Shown here: positions 51,989 through 63,816 of the stretch, one piece after another | How the letters are laid out: every line of letters begins with the position of its first letter | Position numbering within the stretch: position 1 is the first letter of the stretch | Assembly (NCBI GenBank): GCA_963796685.1 | Contig: CAWCMR010000025.1 | Location: 832,001 to 896,000 of the forward strand | Length of the DNA stretch: 64,000 bases | Origin: an uncultured delta proteobacterium | GTDB taxonomy: Bacteria; Myxococcota_A; Polyangia; Fen-1088 | Direction of reading: 5' to 3' | Notes under the pieces: model-generated | Seen by the model: the letters and a program-made list of their open reading frames with translations, nothing else | What the model was told of the DNA's origin: nothing | Database searches by the model: none | Made by a program: the position numbers and the translations under genes

Positions 51989-53191
51989 ATGACCAAGACG
52001 TACCGTCTGGGGATACTGTGCGCGGTTGGACTTTTCGGGTGTAATTCGGATTCACCGCCAGGTGCGATTGCGGCCCTGGACGTGACCTTGCCGGACTCGG
52101 CCCTCACGCGAATGCCGAGCCTCTCGCTCATGCGCGCCGGAGACAGCTTCACCCTGGCCGGCTACGATGGCGCGCAAGTCCGCTGGGGCCGGCTCTCGCT
52201 CGACGGCACGACCTTGACCGAACAAGCGGGTTTCCCGCTGGCCCAGCCGCCGCTCGTCGGCCCGGTCTTCGCCACGACGACCAAGACCACCCCCGGCGAC
52301 CAACTGGTCGCCATCGCGCTGGTGAACAGCGCAACGCCGGGGGGCGGATACGACCTCTTGGCAACCGTCCAAACCGCCGGTGACGCCACCTCCGCAGCGC
52401 CGGTGCTGCTTGCCAACTACCAGGTCGGCACCGATCCGAGCACGGTGCAGCTTGCCGCCGGAGGGGCCACCGCGGGCAACACCGGGTTCGTAGCCTGGGG
52501 CATTCCCGGTACGGGCATTTCCCCCAAGTACCTTCTGCTGTCCGCCGACGCGGCCCCCACGGGTGCGGCATCCAGTATGGACGTCTCGTCCCCGAATTGG
52601 AGCTGCCTGGCCGCGATCGGGAGCACGACCGGCCTTGGCTTCAGCGTCGTGACCCCCGATACTCAGGGAACCTCCGATCTGGTGACCGCAGATATTGGCG
52701 TCTCGTCCACCCTGACCAACCAGTTCACCCGCGAGGTGGCGGACTGTCGCGTGGTGGGCTCGCCCGGACCCTCGGGTACCTTCGTCATGGCCCTGGAAAC
52801 GAGCAATGCCATCGACTTCGCCATCTACTACCCGCCGCCCGATCTTTCGAGTCTCACTGGATCGGTGACGACCTATGACCCGGTGTTGTCCGCGTCCAGC
52901 TTCGGCGATCCGCTGAGCATGCCGCACCCGGCATGGGTCGCGCCCGCGGGGGGTGGGGACATCTCCATCGGGCTCGAGCGCAACGGTGGCCCCCAGATCT
53001 TCCGTTACACCTACGACGCCATTCCCCATGGATCCCCGCTGACCTTGCGCAGCGAAAAGGGCCAGACCGGCCCTGTCGCCGCGTGGGTCGGGTCGGACGC
53101 CGCCTATGTGACGTACACCGACCAGACCAAGAGCGGAACTCCGCCGCTCAAACGTTATTTCATGCGCGTCGAGAGTCCTGTCCTCCCCTAG
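51989..53191 (+). CDS. Hypothetical lipoprotein
   Basis: Lipobox GLFGC; Ser/Thr/Gly-rich, beta-like composition. Confidence 0.75.
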   Translation: MTKTYRLGILCAVGLFGCNSDSPPGAIAALDVTLPDSALTRMPSLSLMRAGDSFTLAGYDGAQVRWGRLSLDGTTLTEQAGFPLAQPPLVGPVFATTTKTTPGDQLVAIALVNSATPGGGYDLLATVQTAGDATSAAPVLLANYQVGTDPSTVQLAAGGATAGNTGFVAWGIPGTGISPKYLLLSADAAPTGAASSMDVSSPNWSCLAAIGSTTGLGFSVVTPDTQGTSDLVTADIGVSSTLTNQFTREVADCRVVGSPGPSGTFVMALETSNAIDFAIYYPPPDLSSLTGSVTTYDPVLSASSFGDPLSMPHPAWVAPAGGGDISIGLERNGGPQIFRYTYDAIPHGSPLTLRSEKGQTGPVAAWVGSDAAYVTYTDQTKSGTPPLKRYFMRVESPVLP

Positions 53192-53205
53192 GAGTTGAAG
53201 AGCCG

Positions 53206-53231
53206 GGAATAGCGCAGGATGCCCGGTGGTT
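53206..53231 (+). promoter_or_regulatory. ECF promoter GGAAT-N18-GTT (SigR/SigH-type), likely autoregulatory
   Basis: GGAAT at 53206-53210, 18-nt spacer, GTT at 53229-53231; 15 nt upstream of the sigma gene start. Confidence 0.6.
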
Positions 53232-53246
53232 GTTTAGATACAGAAG

Positions 53247-53888
53247 ATGTTTTTCCAACGCCGCACCGTGCGAGTCGATTTCGAGCGAGAGGTGATGCCT
53301 CACCTGCAGGCGCTCTATGGCGTTGCTCTTCGGATGACCAAATCGGAAGGCGACGCCGAGGATCTGGTGCAGGACGCCATCTTGCGCGCCTACCGTTTTT
53401 GGGACGGGTTCGAAGCCGGGTCCAATTGCCGGGCCTGGCTCATGCGCATCATGACCAACGTGTTCCGCAACCGCTACCGTGAGCGAGCGCGCGAGCAAGA
53501 AATCTTGAGCGAGGCCGAGAGCACCACCGCCAACCTGGGACAGTTCCAAGGTTCGGCGCCACGCGACGCGGAGAGCGCCCTGTTCGGCCGCATGCTCTCG
53601 CGCGACGTGGAAAGGGCCCTGGACACCTTGCCTCCCGAATTTCGGCTGCCCGTCATCCTGGCCGACCTGGAAGACCTTTCCTACAAGGAGATCGCGGACA
53701 TCATGGAGTGTCCGGCGGGAACCGTGATGAGCCGGCTCTACCGCGGGCGCAAATTGTTGCAGAAGCAGCTCGCCGACTACGCATCCGTCCCGGAAAGCGA
53801 GCAGACGACACCAGCTTCGGATAGCGAAAGCAAGTTGGTTGATTTCGAGGCCTTCCGACGCAAGAAGCAAGAAGGAGGGGCGGCATGA
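53247..53888 (+). CDS. ECF RNA polymerase sigma factor (SigR/SigH-like)
   Basis: DAEDLVQD, AWL.RI..N, L.DLE.LSYKEIA.IM.CP.GTVMSRL.RGR. Confidence 0.95.
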   Translation: MFFQRRTVRVDFEREVMPHLQALYGVALRMTKSEGDAEDLVQDAILRAYRFWDGFEAGSNCRAWLMRIMTNVFRNRYRERAREQEILSEAESTTANLGQFQGSAPRDAESALFGRMLSRDVERALDTLPPEFRLPVILADLEDLSYKEIADIMECPAGTVMSRLYRGRKLLQKQLADYASVPESEQTTPASDSESKLVDFEAFRRKKQEGGAA

Positions 53889-54658
53889 CCCTCTCCTGCT
53901 CCGATGCCGACACCGCGCTGCATGCCTATGTCGACGGCGAATTGACCGGCGCGGATCGGGCAGCCTACGAGGCCCACCTGTGTACCTGCGAGGCCTGTAC
54001 CCATGCCAGCCGTTTGCAGGCTCGCTTCAAGGCGGCTATCCGCGGCCACCTACCCCGCCCGGCGCTACCTGTCGGGCTGCGTTCGCGTATCGAGACCGCG
54101 CTCGCCAGCGCGCCGGCGCCCAGCCGCCGCTGGCCATGGCGCAGCCATCCGCGTGCCTTCACCGTAGGCATGGCCGCGGCCGCCGCTCTTGTGCTGCTAT
54201 TTGCCAACACACACCGAACAGTGCGCTCGGCGGTTCTGGAGCAGGCGGTCTCGACCTTCCACCACGATCTGCCGCTCGACGTGCTCTCCGAGAGCTGCGC
54301 CAAGGTTTCCGACTGGTTCCGCGGCAAGGTAGACTTCGCGATGCAACCGACCGGCCACGCCGGGGTGCACTGCCAGGGCGGGCGTCTGGTCAATGTGCGC
54401 GACCGTTTCGGGGCCTACGTCGTGTACCGGGTGCCGGCCGGGCATCGCCTTGGGGTCATGGTGGTTCCGTCCGACAATGAGCCCTTGGCCGGCGACCATC
54501 TGCGCTTTCTACATGGCAGGCGTGCCTTCCTCGACACCCGCCGCGGAGTTTCCACGGTGACCTTCCGAGAGCCAGGCGGGCTCGATTACGTCTTCACGGC
54601 AGACCTGGACGAAAACGCCTTGGCCAACTGGGTTGAGACGGTCTATCTGGCGCGCTAG
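53885..54658 (+). CDS. Zinc-binding (ZAS, zf-HC2) transmembrane anti-sigma factor
   Basis: YVDGEL...HL..C..C, TM helix, extracytoplasmic GGRL domain; coupled to the sigma gene. Confidence 0.9.
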   Translation: MTLSCSDADTALHAYVDGELTGADRAAYEAHLCTCEACTHASRLQARFKAAIRGHLPRPALPVGLRSRIETALASAPAPSRRWPWRSHPRAFTVGMAAAAALVLLFANTHRTVRSAVLEQAVSTFHHDLPLDVLSESCAKVSDWFRGKVDFAMQPTGHAGVHCQGGRLVNVRDRFGAYVVYRVPAGHRLGVMVVPSDNEPLAGDHLRFLHGRRAFLDTRRGVSTVTFREPGGLDYVFTADLDENALANWVETVYLAR

Positions 54659-54753
54659 CGACTCGACGCGCTAGAGACATCCTGCGAAGCCCACACCTCG
54701 ATGCAGGCTCGCTTGGTCCTGGACGCCTATCCGTAGTAACGTCCCCCATCCTC

Positions 54754-57233
54754 ATGCCGACGAGAACGCTTCTGTGTGTCGAGCCCGACGAAGCCGTACT
54801 GGCCACGATTGCCGCGACCCTGGAACCGTACGGTTTCGAGATCAGGAACATCACCAACGGCGACCTGGTCGTCGACTGGGCCAAGAAGAACCGGCCCGCG
54901 TTGATGATGGTTTCGGTCGAGCCCAAAAAGATTGGCTACGCAATCTGCAACAAGATCAAACGCAACGTCGAGCTCAAAGACGTTCCACTCATCCTCACGT
55001 CCGGGGAGGAGGCACCCGAGAAATTCGAGCAGCACAAGACCTTCAAGCTGCGCGCCGACGACTACATGTTCAAGCCCCTGGATCGCCACGAGCTGATGCG
55101 GAAGGTGAACGTGCTGATCGGTCTGGACGAGCCCGAGTCTGCCGAAGCACCGAGCCCCTCGGCCGAGATCTTCCTCGGCACCGACGTGGTGTCCTCGGAG
55201 ATCGCCATCGACGCCGACGACATCGTCGACGAGGCCAAGATCGCCACGCCGCCGCCTCGGTCCATCGCGGGCGCCGGGGCCCCGACCGGCAACGATCCCT
55301 TGGGCGGCGTCAACCCCGTCTTGGACGCCATGTTCGACAAAGAGGCAGAGGCCGCCTTCGACGCCCTAGAGCTGCCGACGCCCGAGCCGACCCATGCCAG
55401 CCCGGACCCGAGCAAGGACGGCCCTGCCACGAGCTACCTGGACGTGGCCACGCCTCCGCCCGTGGAAGGCATGACCGAGGCCGAGCCACCGCCGCCACCG
55501 CCTCCCGCCCCCGATCCCGACGGCTGGAGCGAAGAAGGGGCGACCCGCGTGGTGCCTTCCTCCTTCAACGCCGAGGACCTCCCGAGCATGCTGCCGCCCC
55601 CGGAGGCGCCGGTGGACTTGGATGGCGTGCCCATGGCCGTGGCGGCGAGCGAGCCCGCGACCGCGGAGGTGGCGGCGCCGTCCGTCGAGATCGAAGGCGA
55701 TCCGGAGCTTCTGCGTCGCGCGGCCCCGCCCGAAGACGTGCCGCCGCTGCCGGACGAGGTCCGCAACACCTCGGTCATCGCCTACGCAACCGCCACCGCC
55801 AACGACGCCGCCTTCAGCGATCTGCAGAAGCGCGTGCACGAGCTCGAGGACGAGAAGCGCGAGCTCGGCGCGGTCATCGACGATCTGCGCGGGCATCTGC
55901 AATCGCAGCCGCTGCACAAGGAGAAAGATCTTCTCGGATTGCGCGAGACCATCAACCGCAAGGAAAAGGACATCCTCGACCTGCGCGATGCCGTGGACGC
56001 CAAGGATCGGTTGATTCTCGACCACAAGGATCGCATGCGCGAGCACGAGCGCGCGCGACGCGACCTCGAAGAGAAGATGCTCACCTTCGAAAAGAACCTG
56101 ATGCACGCCAACGAAAAGGTGATGGCGTTGTCGCAGGACAAAGAAAAGGGCATCGAGCGCGAGCGTGGGCTCAAGGATCAGGCTCGAAGACGCCCACACC
56201 GAGATCGGCAAGACGCACGACGAGCTGGACCTGGTCAAGAAGCGCCTCGCCACGGTTGAGGATCGGGCGCGGCTGGAGCTCGATCGCGTTCGCCACGACC
56301 TGGAGGAGCGCCTCGTCGAGGATGAGCAAGCGCACAAGAACGAGCTGGCACGCTTGCGCGAAGACCGGGAAGCGGAGAAGGCCGCGCGCGAAACCGAGGT
56401 GCAGGCGGAGATCGCGCGCCTCAACGGAAGCCACGCGGCCGAAATCGAGATGCTGGGCAAGCGGCACGCCGAGGAAAAGGCGAGCCTCGAGGACGCCCGC
56501 GAGATCGAGTTGGCGCGCGTGCGCCGCGAGCACGAGAAGGCCCTGCTGGCCCTGCGCGAAGAGCACGCGGCGGCGGTCGAAAACGAGAAGCAGGCCCACC
56601 AGGCCGCGCTCGAAACCAAGGATCGCGACTCCAAGAACGAGCTCGCCGAGCTGCGCCGCGCTCACGACGGTGAGCTGGCGGCGGCCGAGGACCGGCGACG
56701 CCGCGAAATGGAGGAGGCGGAAGTACGCCGCGTGGCGGATCTCGACGCGGCCGATGCACGACGACGCGCGGAATTGCAGGCGCGCGACGAGCAGCACCAC
56801 ACCGCCACCGCCGAGCTGGAACGGCGCAACCTGGCCGAGAAAGCCGAGGCCGCCGAACGCCACCGCGCCGAGTTGGAACAGGCCCTTGGGCGAAGCATCG
56901 AGATCGAGGCCGAGCTGGCGGCGCGCAACGAGGAGCTGGCCGAGACCCACCGCCGCCTCTTGCGCATCGATGGCGAGCTCGACACCGCGCGAACCGATAT
57001 CCGAGACCGCGAGGTCAAGCTTGGCCAGGCCCGAGACCGCATCACCGAGCTGGAAAGCAAGGTGGCGGATTCTCGAAGACCAGGCCTTGCGCGCCTACCG
57101 CCGCATCAAGGACGACGAAAAGACCATCGACAAAGCCAAGCGCGCGGTCAGCGTGGCGCTCACCCTTCTCGACGAGCGCAGCACGACAGGTACGCCTGCG
57201 GCGCCTCGACCCGGCGAAGAGCCGCAGAGCTAG
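54754..57233 (+). CDS. AglZ-like pseudo-receiver / Pro-rich linker / coiled-coil protein, apparent frameshifts at ~56176 and ~57070
   Basis: Receiver fold with Ser where the acceptor Asp is expected (MMVSVE); GYAIC.KIK, QH....ADDY..KP; long Glu/Arg/Ala coiled coil; ends [10 protein letters not shown]...ALTLLDE. Confidence 0.75.
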
Positions 57234-57274
57234 CGTCCCTTCGAGAACCGTCGGTTGCGCGCACCTGGAATTCC

Positions 57275-59047
57275 ATGCATGAGGTGACGGGAAATCGCGC
57301 GGGCCTCAAGCCCTCGGAGATTTCGGCCCTCGAACGCGTGTACCGCCGGCGGGTCGGGGCGCGCGAGATCGTCTCGGCCGAGCTTGGTGCCTATCTGTGC
57401 GAGATCTCCCGCGCCATCGGTCGCCAGGTCGGCGTGCTCATCTCGCGCCAGGGTGCCGTCGAGCACGTCATCGTGGGCGATGCCTCGGGCCTGGTCTTGC
57501 CCGAGGTTGGCCGTCTGCGCGCCGGCCACGGCCGCTTCCGCGGTTTGCGCCTGGTGCACACCCACCTGCGCAACGAGGCCCTGTCGCGCGACGACCTCGT
57601 CGACCTGGCCCTGCTGCGCCTGGATCTGGTGGCCGCGGTGGGCGTGAACCACGAGGGCCGGCCCGCCGATCTGCACGTGGCCCACCTGGTGCCGCCGCAC
57701 GAGGGAAAATCCCCGTGGATCCTGCTGCCGCCCGCCCCTTTCCACCGCACGTCCACCGATTTCGTCGACCTCATCGAGTCCCTCGAGGAGGAGTTCAACC
57801 GCGTGTTGCCCAGCGGCCGCGCGACCCGAGGCTCCGAGCGCGCCTTGCTGGTGGTGGCCGAGCTCGGCAAACAGCGCGGGCAGAGCGGAAGCCGCGTGCG
57901 GAGCCTGCCGGCCCTCGGGACCCACCTGCCCACCCTGCCACACCCTCGGGCTTCGCCCTCGCCCTCGCCGGCAGCGGAGCAACCCTCCCAGGGTTCCCAA
58001 GACAATAGCCGCGTCCATGAGCTGCGCGAGCTGTGCCGGACCGCGGGTATCCAGGTGGTCGACGTGGCGATCCAGCGGCGACCCGAGCCCGATCCGCGCT
58101 ACCTCATCGGCCGCGGCAAGCTCGAGGACGTGCTCGTGCGGGCCATGCAATACGACGCCAGTGCGCTCGTCTTCGATCCCGATCTGTCGCCGGGCCAGGC
58201 CCACGCCATCGCCTCGTTCACCGATCTCAAGGTCATCGATCGCACGATTCTGATTCTGGACATCTTTGCCCAGCGCGCGCGCAGCCGCGACGCCAAGCTA
58301 CAAGTCGAGCTGGCGCAATTGCGCTACCGCCTGCCGCGCCTGCAGGAAGAGAACACCATGATGAGCCGCCTGGTAGGTGGCATCGGTGGGCGGGGACCGG
58401 GCGAAACCAAGCTGGAGATTGGCCGTCGCCGCGCGCGTGAACGCCTGCACCGTCTGGAAAAGGACATCGAGGAGACCCGCCGCCAGCGCGCCGGTCGCCG
58501 AGCCGCGCGCAAGGATCGCGGCCTGCCCGTGGTGGCCATCGTCGGCTACACCAACGCGGGCAAGTCGACGCTGCTCAACGGCCTGACCGGCAGCGAGGTC
58601 CTGGTCGAGGACAAGCTCTTCGCCACCCTCGATCCGACCACGCGCCGCCTGCGTTTCCCACGCGAGCGGGAATTGATCCTGGCCGATACCGTCGGCTTCA
58701 TTCGCGACCTACCCAAGGATCTGGCGCAGGCCTTTCACGCCACCCTGGAGGAGCTGGACGACGCCGATCTGCTGCTACACGTGGTGGATGCCGCGGATCC
58801 CGATCGCGACGCCCACATCACCGCCGTCGAACGCATCCTGGGCGATTTGGAGCTGGCCGAGACGCCCCGCTTGCTCGTGTACAACAAGGCCGATCGCCTG
58901 CTGCCCGAGGAGAAGTCCGTGCTCGAGGCGGGTGGCCGCAACCTGACCATCAGTGCTCTCGACCGAACGACCATCCTGCCCCTGCTCGCGGCCATGGAAG
59001 GCGCCCTGTGGCGCGAAGGCCATAGCGTGGGTGGCTACACGGGCTAG
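57275..59047 (+). CDS. hflX: GTPase HflX (long N-terminal form)
   Basis: [57 protein letters not shown]. Confidence 0.95.
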   Translation: MHEVTGNRAGLKPSEISALERVYRRRVGAREIVSAELGAYLCEISRAIGRQVGVLISRQGAVEHVIVGDASGLVLPEVGRLRAGHGRFRGLRLVHTHLRNEALSRDDLVDLALLRLDLVAAVGVNHEGRPADLHVAHLVPPHEGKSPWILLPPAPFHRTSTDFVDLIESLEEEFNRVLPSGRATRGSERALLVVAELGKQRGQSGSRVRSLPALGTHLPTLPHPRASPSPSPAAEQPSQGSQDNSRVHELRELCRTAGIQVVDVAIQRRPEPDPRYLIGRGKLEDVLVRAMQYDASALVFDPDLSPGQAHAIASFTDLKVIDRTILILDIFAQRARSRDAKLQVELAQLRYRLPRLQEENTMMSRLVGGIGGRGPGETKLEIGRRRARERLHRLEKDIEETRRQRAGRRAARKDRGLPVVAIVGYTNAGKSTLLNGLTGSEVLVEDKLFATLDPTTRRLRFPRERELILADTVGFIRDLPKDLAQAFHATLEELDDADLLLHVVDAADPDRDAHITAVERILGDLELAETPRLLVYNKADRLLPEEKSVLEAGGRNLTISALDRTTILPLLAAMEGALWREGHSVGGYTG

Positions 59048-59394
59048 AGCACCACCTCGACGCCAGCGTGCTCGCGCGCGAGACCGGCGACGAGAGCGAA
59101 CAGCTCCACGCCCTGACCTCGATCGTCGAGCCAACGCCCACTCGAGCTGTCCAAGTCGAAGTGCCAGGCGCGGTCGCGAAAGGCGGCCCAAATCTGCCGA
59201 AGCGGCGTCTGGGGCGACAGGATGAGCTTGTGCGACTGCTTGAACGCGATGACCAGGGTGCCTTGGGAAAAGTCGGACTCGGCCAGGTCGGGGTCGACAT
59301 CCTCGAAGACCTTGTCGAGCCGCCCCAGCGCCTCGTCCACGCGCTTGCGGTAAGCGCCCTCGTCCCCTGCGGGGACCGCAGAGCCGGGCATCAC
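59044..59394 (-). CDS. cyaY: Iron donor protein CyaY (frataxin family)
   Basis: G.L.I.F....LI...QTPLRQIW.A....WHF......W. Confidence 0.85.
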   Translation of the reverse strand: MMPGSAVPAGDEGAYRKRVDEALGRLDKVFEDVDPDLAESDFSQGTLVIAFKQSHKLILSPQTPLRQIWAAFRDRAWHFDLDSSSGRWLDDRGQGVELFALVAGLAREHAGVEVVL

Positions 59395-59741
59395 TCCTTC
59401 TCCAGGTGATGCCCGATGATTCCGCGTAGCGCCTTGCGATCCTTGGCCGGCAATTCCTCGAGCGGTGGTTTCTCGGATTCCTCCGCAGAGCTCGTGCCAT
59501 GGGCGCCCGACTGGCCGGGGCCGTGCTTGACCACGTCCTGAACGACCTCTTCCGATGCACGATCCACGAGATCGCCCACCTTCTGCTTCGTCCCGCGCAA
59601 GAGATCCTGCGACTCGTGGGTCCTCCAGATGGCCTGCATGTGCTCGAACAGGGTCCGATCGCCGAGGCGCACGGTCGTGCCGAAATAGACGATGGCCCCC
59701 AGGCCACCCAGCACGAAGATCAGCCGAAGTAGGCGAAACAC
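59391..59741 (-). CDS. Hypothetical membrane-anchored protein
   Basis: N-terminal TM, then V.LG.RTLFEH...IW and C-terminal E.L...DRK.L..II. Confidence 0.7.
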   Translation of the reverse strand: MFRLLRLIFVLGGLGAIVYFGTTVRLGDRTLFEHMQAIWRTHESQDLLRGTKQKVGDLVDRASEEVVQDVVKHGPGQSGAHGTSSAEESEKPPLEELPAKDRKALRGIIGHHLEKE

Positions 59742-59818
59742 GTCTCTTCTGTTACCACTCCCGGCCCGGCCCCGCCAGTTTCGCTGGCGATCCGCGCGGG
59801 ATCCGGCGCGTCTGACGC

Positions 59819-60214
59819 CTACCGCCGCGGGTCGCCGACGCGGAAGTGATCGGCGCGCAGGAGCAACTTGGTGAGCCGCTCGCGATTGTCGTCGTCCACG
59901 GGATCGATGGTTGCGCCGAACCCCGGCGGGCGCTTGCCGGGATTGCCGGCGTCGACGCGGATGATGCGCGCGTGGCAATTGATGTTGAAATCAGGATCGT
60001 CGCCCAGGCCGTCCTCGGAGCCGAAGATGACGAGCCCGAGATCCCGTCCCGGCACGAGGTCTGGGTACTGCTGGGGCGTGCCCACGAGGTAGATACCGCC
60101 GGCCGACACGTTGCGCACCTCCATGATTTGGACCTCGCGGATCTTGACCTCGGCCTGGGCAAAAACCTCGATACGCTGGCTGGTGCGGCGGTTGGCTGTG
60201 GATTCCAGAGTCAC
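59819..60214 (-). CDS. PilZ domain protein
   Basis: RRTSQR (RxxxR) and NVSAGG (NxSxxG). Confidence 0.85.
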   Translation of the reverse strand: MTLESTANRRTSQRIEVFAQAEVKIREVQIMEVRNVSAGGIYLVGTPQQYPDLVPGRDLGLVIFGSEDGLGDDPDFNINCHARIIRVDAGNPGKRPPGFGATIDPVDDDNRERLTKLLLRADHFRVGDPRR

Positions 60215-60221
60215 GCCTGCA

Positions 60222-60289
60222 TTGTAGCTGGCAAGCTCCGCGTCACTTAACAAAATTGTAGCTGGCCAGCCCCGCGTCACTTAACAAAA
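60222..60289. repeat. 34-bp tandem duplication upstream of the PilZ gene
   Basis: TTGTAGCTGGC(A/C)AGC(T/C)CCGCGTCACTTAACAAAA x2; each copy has TACAAT on the minus strand. Confidence 0.85.
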
Positions 60290-60320
60290 ACGCCCGGCAG
60301 GTTGCTCCCGCCGGGCGTTT
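60286..60320 (-). terminator. Rho-independent terminator of groEL
   Basis: AAACGCCCGGC...GCCGGGCGTTT stem followed by a T-run on the minus strand. Confidence 0.85.
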
Positions 60321-60351
60321 GGATGTGAGTCAGACTGTGCTGGTGGTCGAC

Positions 60352-62004
<1,653 letters not shown>

Positions 62005-62022
62005 GTTGGTCTCCTTGTGTGC

Positions 62023-62310
62023 CTACTCGAGGATCGCGAGGACATCGTCCTCGCGCATAATCAAATGCTCGACGCCATCCATCTTGATCTCGTTGCCCGA
62101 ATACTTCGAGAACAGGATCTTGTCGCCTTCCTTGACGTCCAGCTTGCGAATGGAGCCGTCTTCCTGAACTTTGCCGCTGCCGACGGCAACGACCTGGCCC
62201 TTTTGGGGCTTTTCCTTGGCGGTGTCGGGAATGAAGAGCCCGCCTGCGGTCTTGGTTTCTTCTTCGACGCGCTTGACGAGAATTCGGTCATACAGGGGTC
62301 TTACTTTCAT
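62023..62310 (-). CDS. groES: Co-chaperonin GroES
   Basis: [25 protein letters not shown]; RBS AAGGAG. Confidence 0.99.
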   Translation of the reverse strand: MKVRPLYDRILVKRVEEETKTAGGLFIPDTAKEKPQKGQVVAVGSGKVQEDGSIRKLDVKEGDKILFSKYSGNEIKMDGVEHLIMREDDVLAILE

Positions 62311-62387
62311 GGTGGTCTTCTCCTTGATTGCAAAAACGACCCACCGGTTGGTACCGGAGGGTGGTGCCGGGCGCGGGCGGTGAGCTG

Positions 62388-62744
62388 CTAGGCCGCCTTG
62401 GAGGCGCCCTTCTTGCCTTTGCCCTTGCTTTCGCTGGTCGTGGGTGTCGAGCTCGAGGTGTCGCCTCCAGCCTTCGCCCCGCCGGCCGAGGATTCGGATT
62501 TCGCGGTGGCTACGGATTCGGACTTCCCGCTGGGCGATTCGGCGGAACCGGTCGCGGGCTTCTGGCTGGCGTAGAGATCGCTGTACCAACCGCCTCCCTT
62601 GAGCTGAAACGAGGTGTGGCTGATCAGCTTTTCGACCTTGCGCGCCTTGCACTTCGGACAAACCTTGACCGGTTTGTCGGACATCTTTTGCCATTCTTCG
62701 AAGCGATGGCCGCAGCTCTGACATTCGTATTCGTAAATTGGCAT
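62388..62744 (-). CDS. FmdB-family zinc ribbon protein
   Basis: [15 protein letters not shown]...CPKC...LKG.GWY..Y. Confidence 0.92.
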   Translation of the reverse strand: MPIYEYECQSCGHRFEEWQKMSDKPVKVCPKCKARKVEKLISHTSFQLKGGGWYSDLYASQKPATGSAESPSGKSESVATAKSESSAGGAKAGGDTSSSTPTTSESKGKGKKGASKAA

Positions 62745-62767
62745 CTGTCGCTCAGCGTCTTGTTTTG

Positions 62768-62845
62768 CCGGCACTCTGCAGAACGCCGGGCAGACGAAGA
62801 TTAAGCACGCTTTGGCCTCTGTCAAGCAGCCTTGGTGAGTGCCAG
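62768..62845 (-). promoter_or_regulatory. Sigma70-type promoter of fmdB-like/groESL, flanked by CIRCE-like half-sites
   Basis: Minus strand TTGACA (62825-62820), N16, TAATCT (62803-62798); CTGGCACTC upstream and GAGTGCCGG downstream. Confidence 0.55.
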
Positions 62846-63024
62846 AAAAGTATAACAAAGCCTTTATATTTCATATGGTTACATTTCACGGAACCTACAA
62901 TCTGCCAAAGCGGTCGCTCGGCCTATGGCGTGCGGCCGCCGCGGGGGCGTCCCCGGCGCTAGCCCGCAGAAGCCGAGCGCCGCTCTCCCGGATGAATGGC
63001 CGCCGTGCTCGCCAGCAATCGCCC

Positions 63025-63591
63025 CTATAGGGGCTCGAAGATTGGGACGAGGGGGATCGCCACCTCGGGAAAGGACGGCGAGGTCAGGGTGGCGGAGCGG
63101 TCGAAGAGAACGCCTTGGTCGTAGCCGGTCTCTTTGAGGCGAAAGACCTCGACGTGGCCGAGGTCGGGGTCGACGATCCAATACTCCTGGATGCCAGCCC
63201 GGGCGTACGCGGCCTTTTTCAAGAACACGTCGTTGCCGCGCGTGGAGGTCGAAAGAATCTCGACGGCCACGTCGGGCGCCCCTTCGAGCCCCCGCTTCGA
63301 AATGCTGTCCCGGCGGCTCTTGCGAATGATGGCGAGGTCGGGCTCGACCACCGAGGTCTCGGCCAGGATGACGTCATACGGGGCGTCGAAAATGTACGCG
63401 ATCCCGGGCAGCTCGAGTTGGCCCATGAGCGCGTACTGCAGGCGACGGGAAACGGTCTGGTGCATGGAAGAAGGCGCTGGTGTCACGTAGAGCTCCCCCT
63501 CGATGATCTCGTAGCGACGGCCATCGTTCGGCAGATAGCAGTACTCCTGGTAGGTGTACGGCACGTTCGCGCGCACCCCGGGATTGGGCAT
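63025..63591 (-). CDS. Uma2 family (DUF820) endonuclease
   Basis: Y..LP.DGRRYEII.GEL...PAP...HQ, EPDL, APD.AVEILS.ST...D...K...YA..GI.EYWIVDP. Confidence 0.93.
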   Translation of the reverse strand: MPNPGVRANVPYTYQEYCYLPNDGRRYEIIEGELYVTPAPSSMHQTVSRRLQYALMGQLELPGIAYIFDAPYDVILAETSVVEPDLAIIRKSRRDSISKRGLEGAPDVAVEILSTSTRGNDVFLKKAAYARAGIQEYWIVDPDLGHVEVFRLKETGYDQGVLFDRSATLTSPSFPEVAIPLVPIFEPL

Positions 63592-63661
63592 GGGGATAGT
63601 ATACGCCGCGCACGGAGAAGGTCGACGTGACAAGTGTGAGCGGGGTGCTCGGCGGCAAGGA

Positions 63662-63814
63662 GCCGCGAAAAGATAACTTGTGCAAAGAGCGCGGCCGAGG
63701 CGCCCGGATGGCAAGGAGCGAGAAGCGAGCATACCCGTCGGTATGTGAGCGACGAGCGACGCAGCCAGCCGGGATGAATCGGCCGCGAGCCTGCTAAAGT
63801 TATCTTTGAGCGGC
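63662..63814. mobile_element. 153-bp palindromic MITE-like element
   Basis: TIRs GCCGCGAAAAGATAACTT and AAGTTATCTTTGAGCGGC (16/18 match); internal core resembles the 44019 element in reverse orientation. Confidence 0.7.
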
Positions 63815-63816
63815 GA

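Noticed and set aside
56165-59047. 960-aa coiled-coil-HflX fusion ORF
   Set aside because: Artefact of the frameshift at ~57070. The coiled-coil gene ends at 57233 and hflX starts at 57275.
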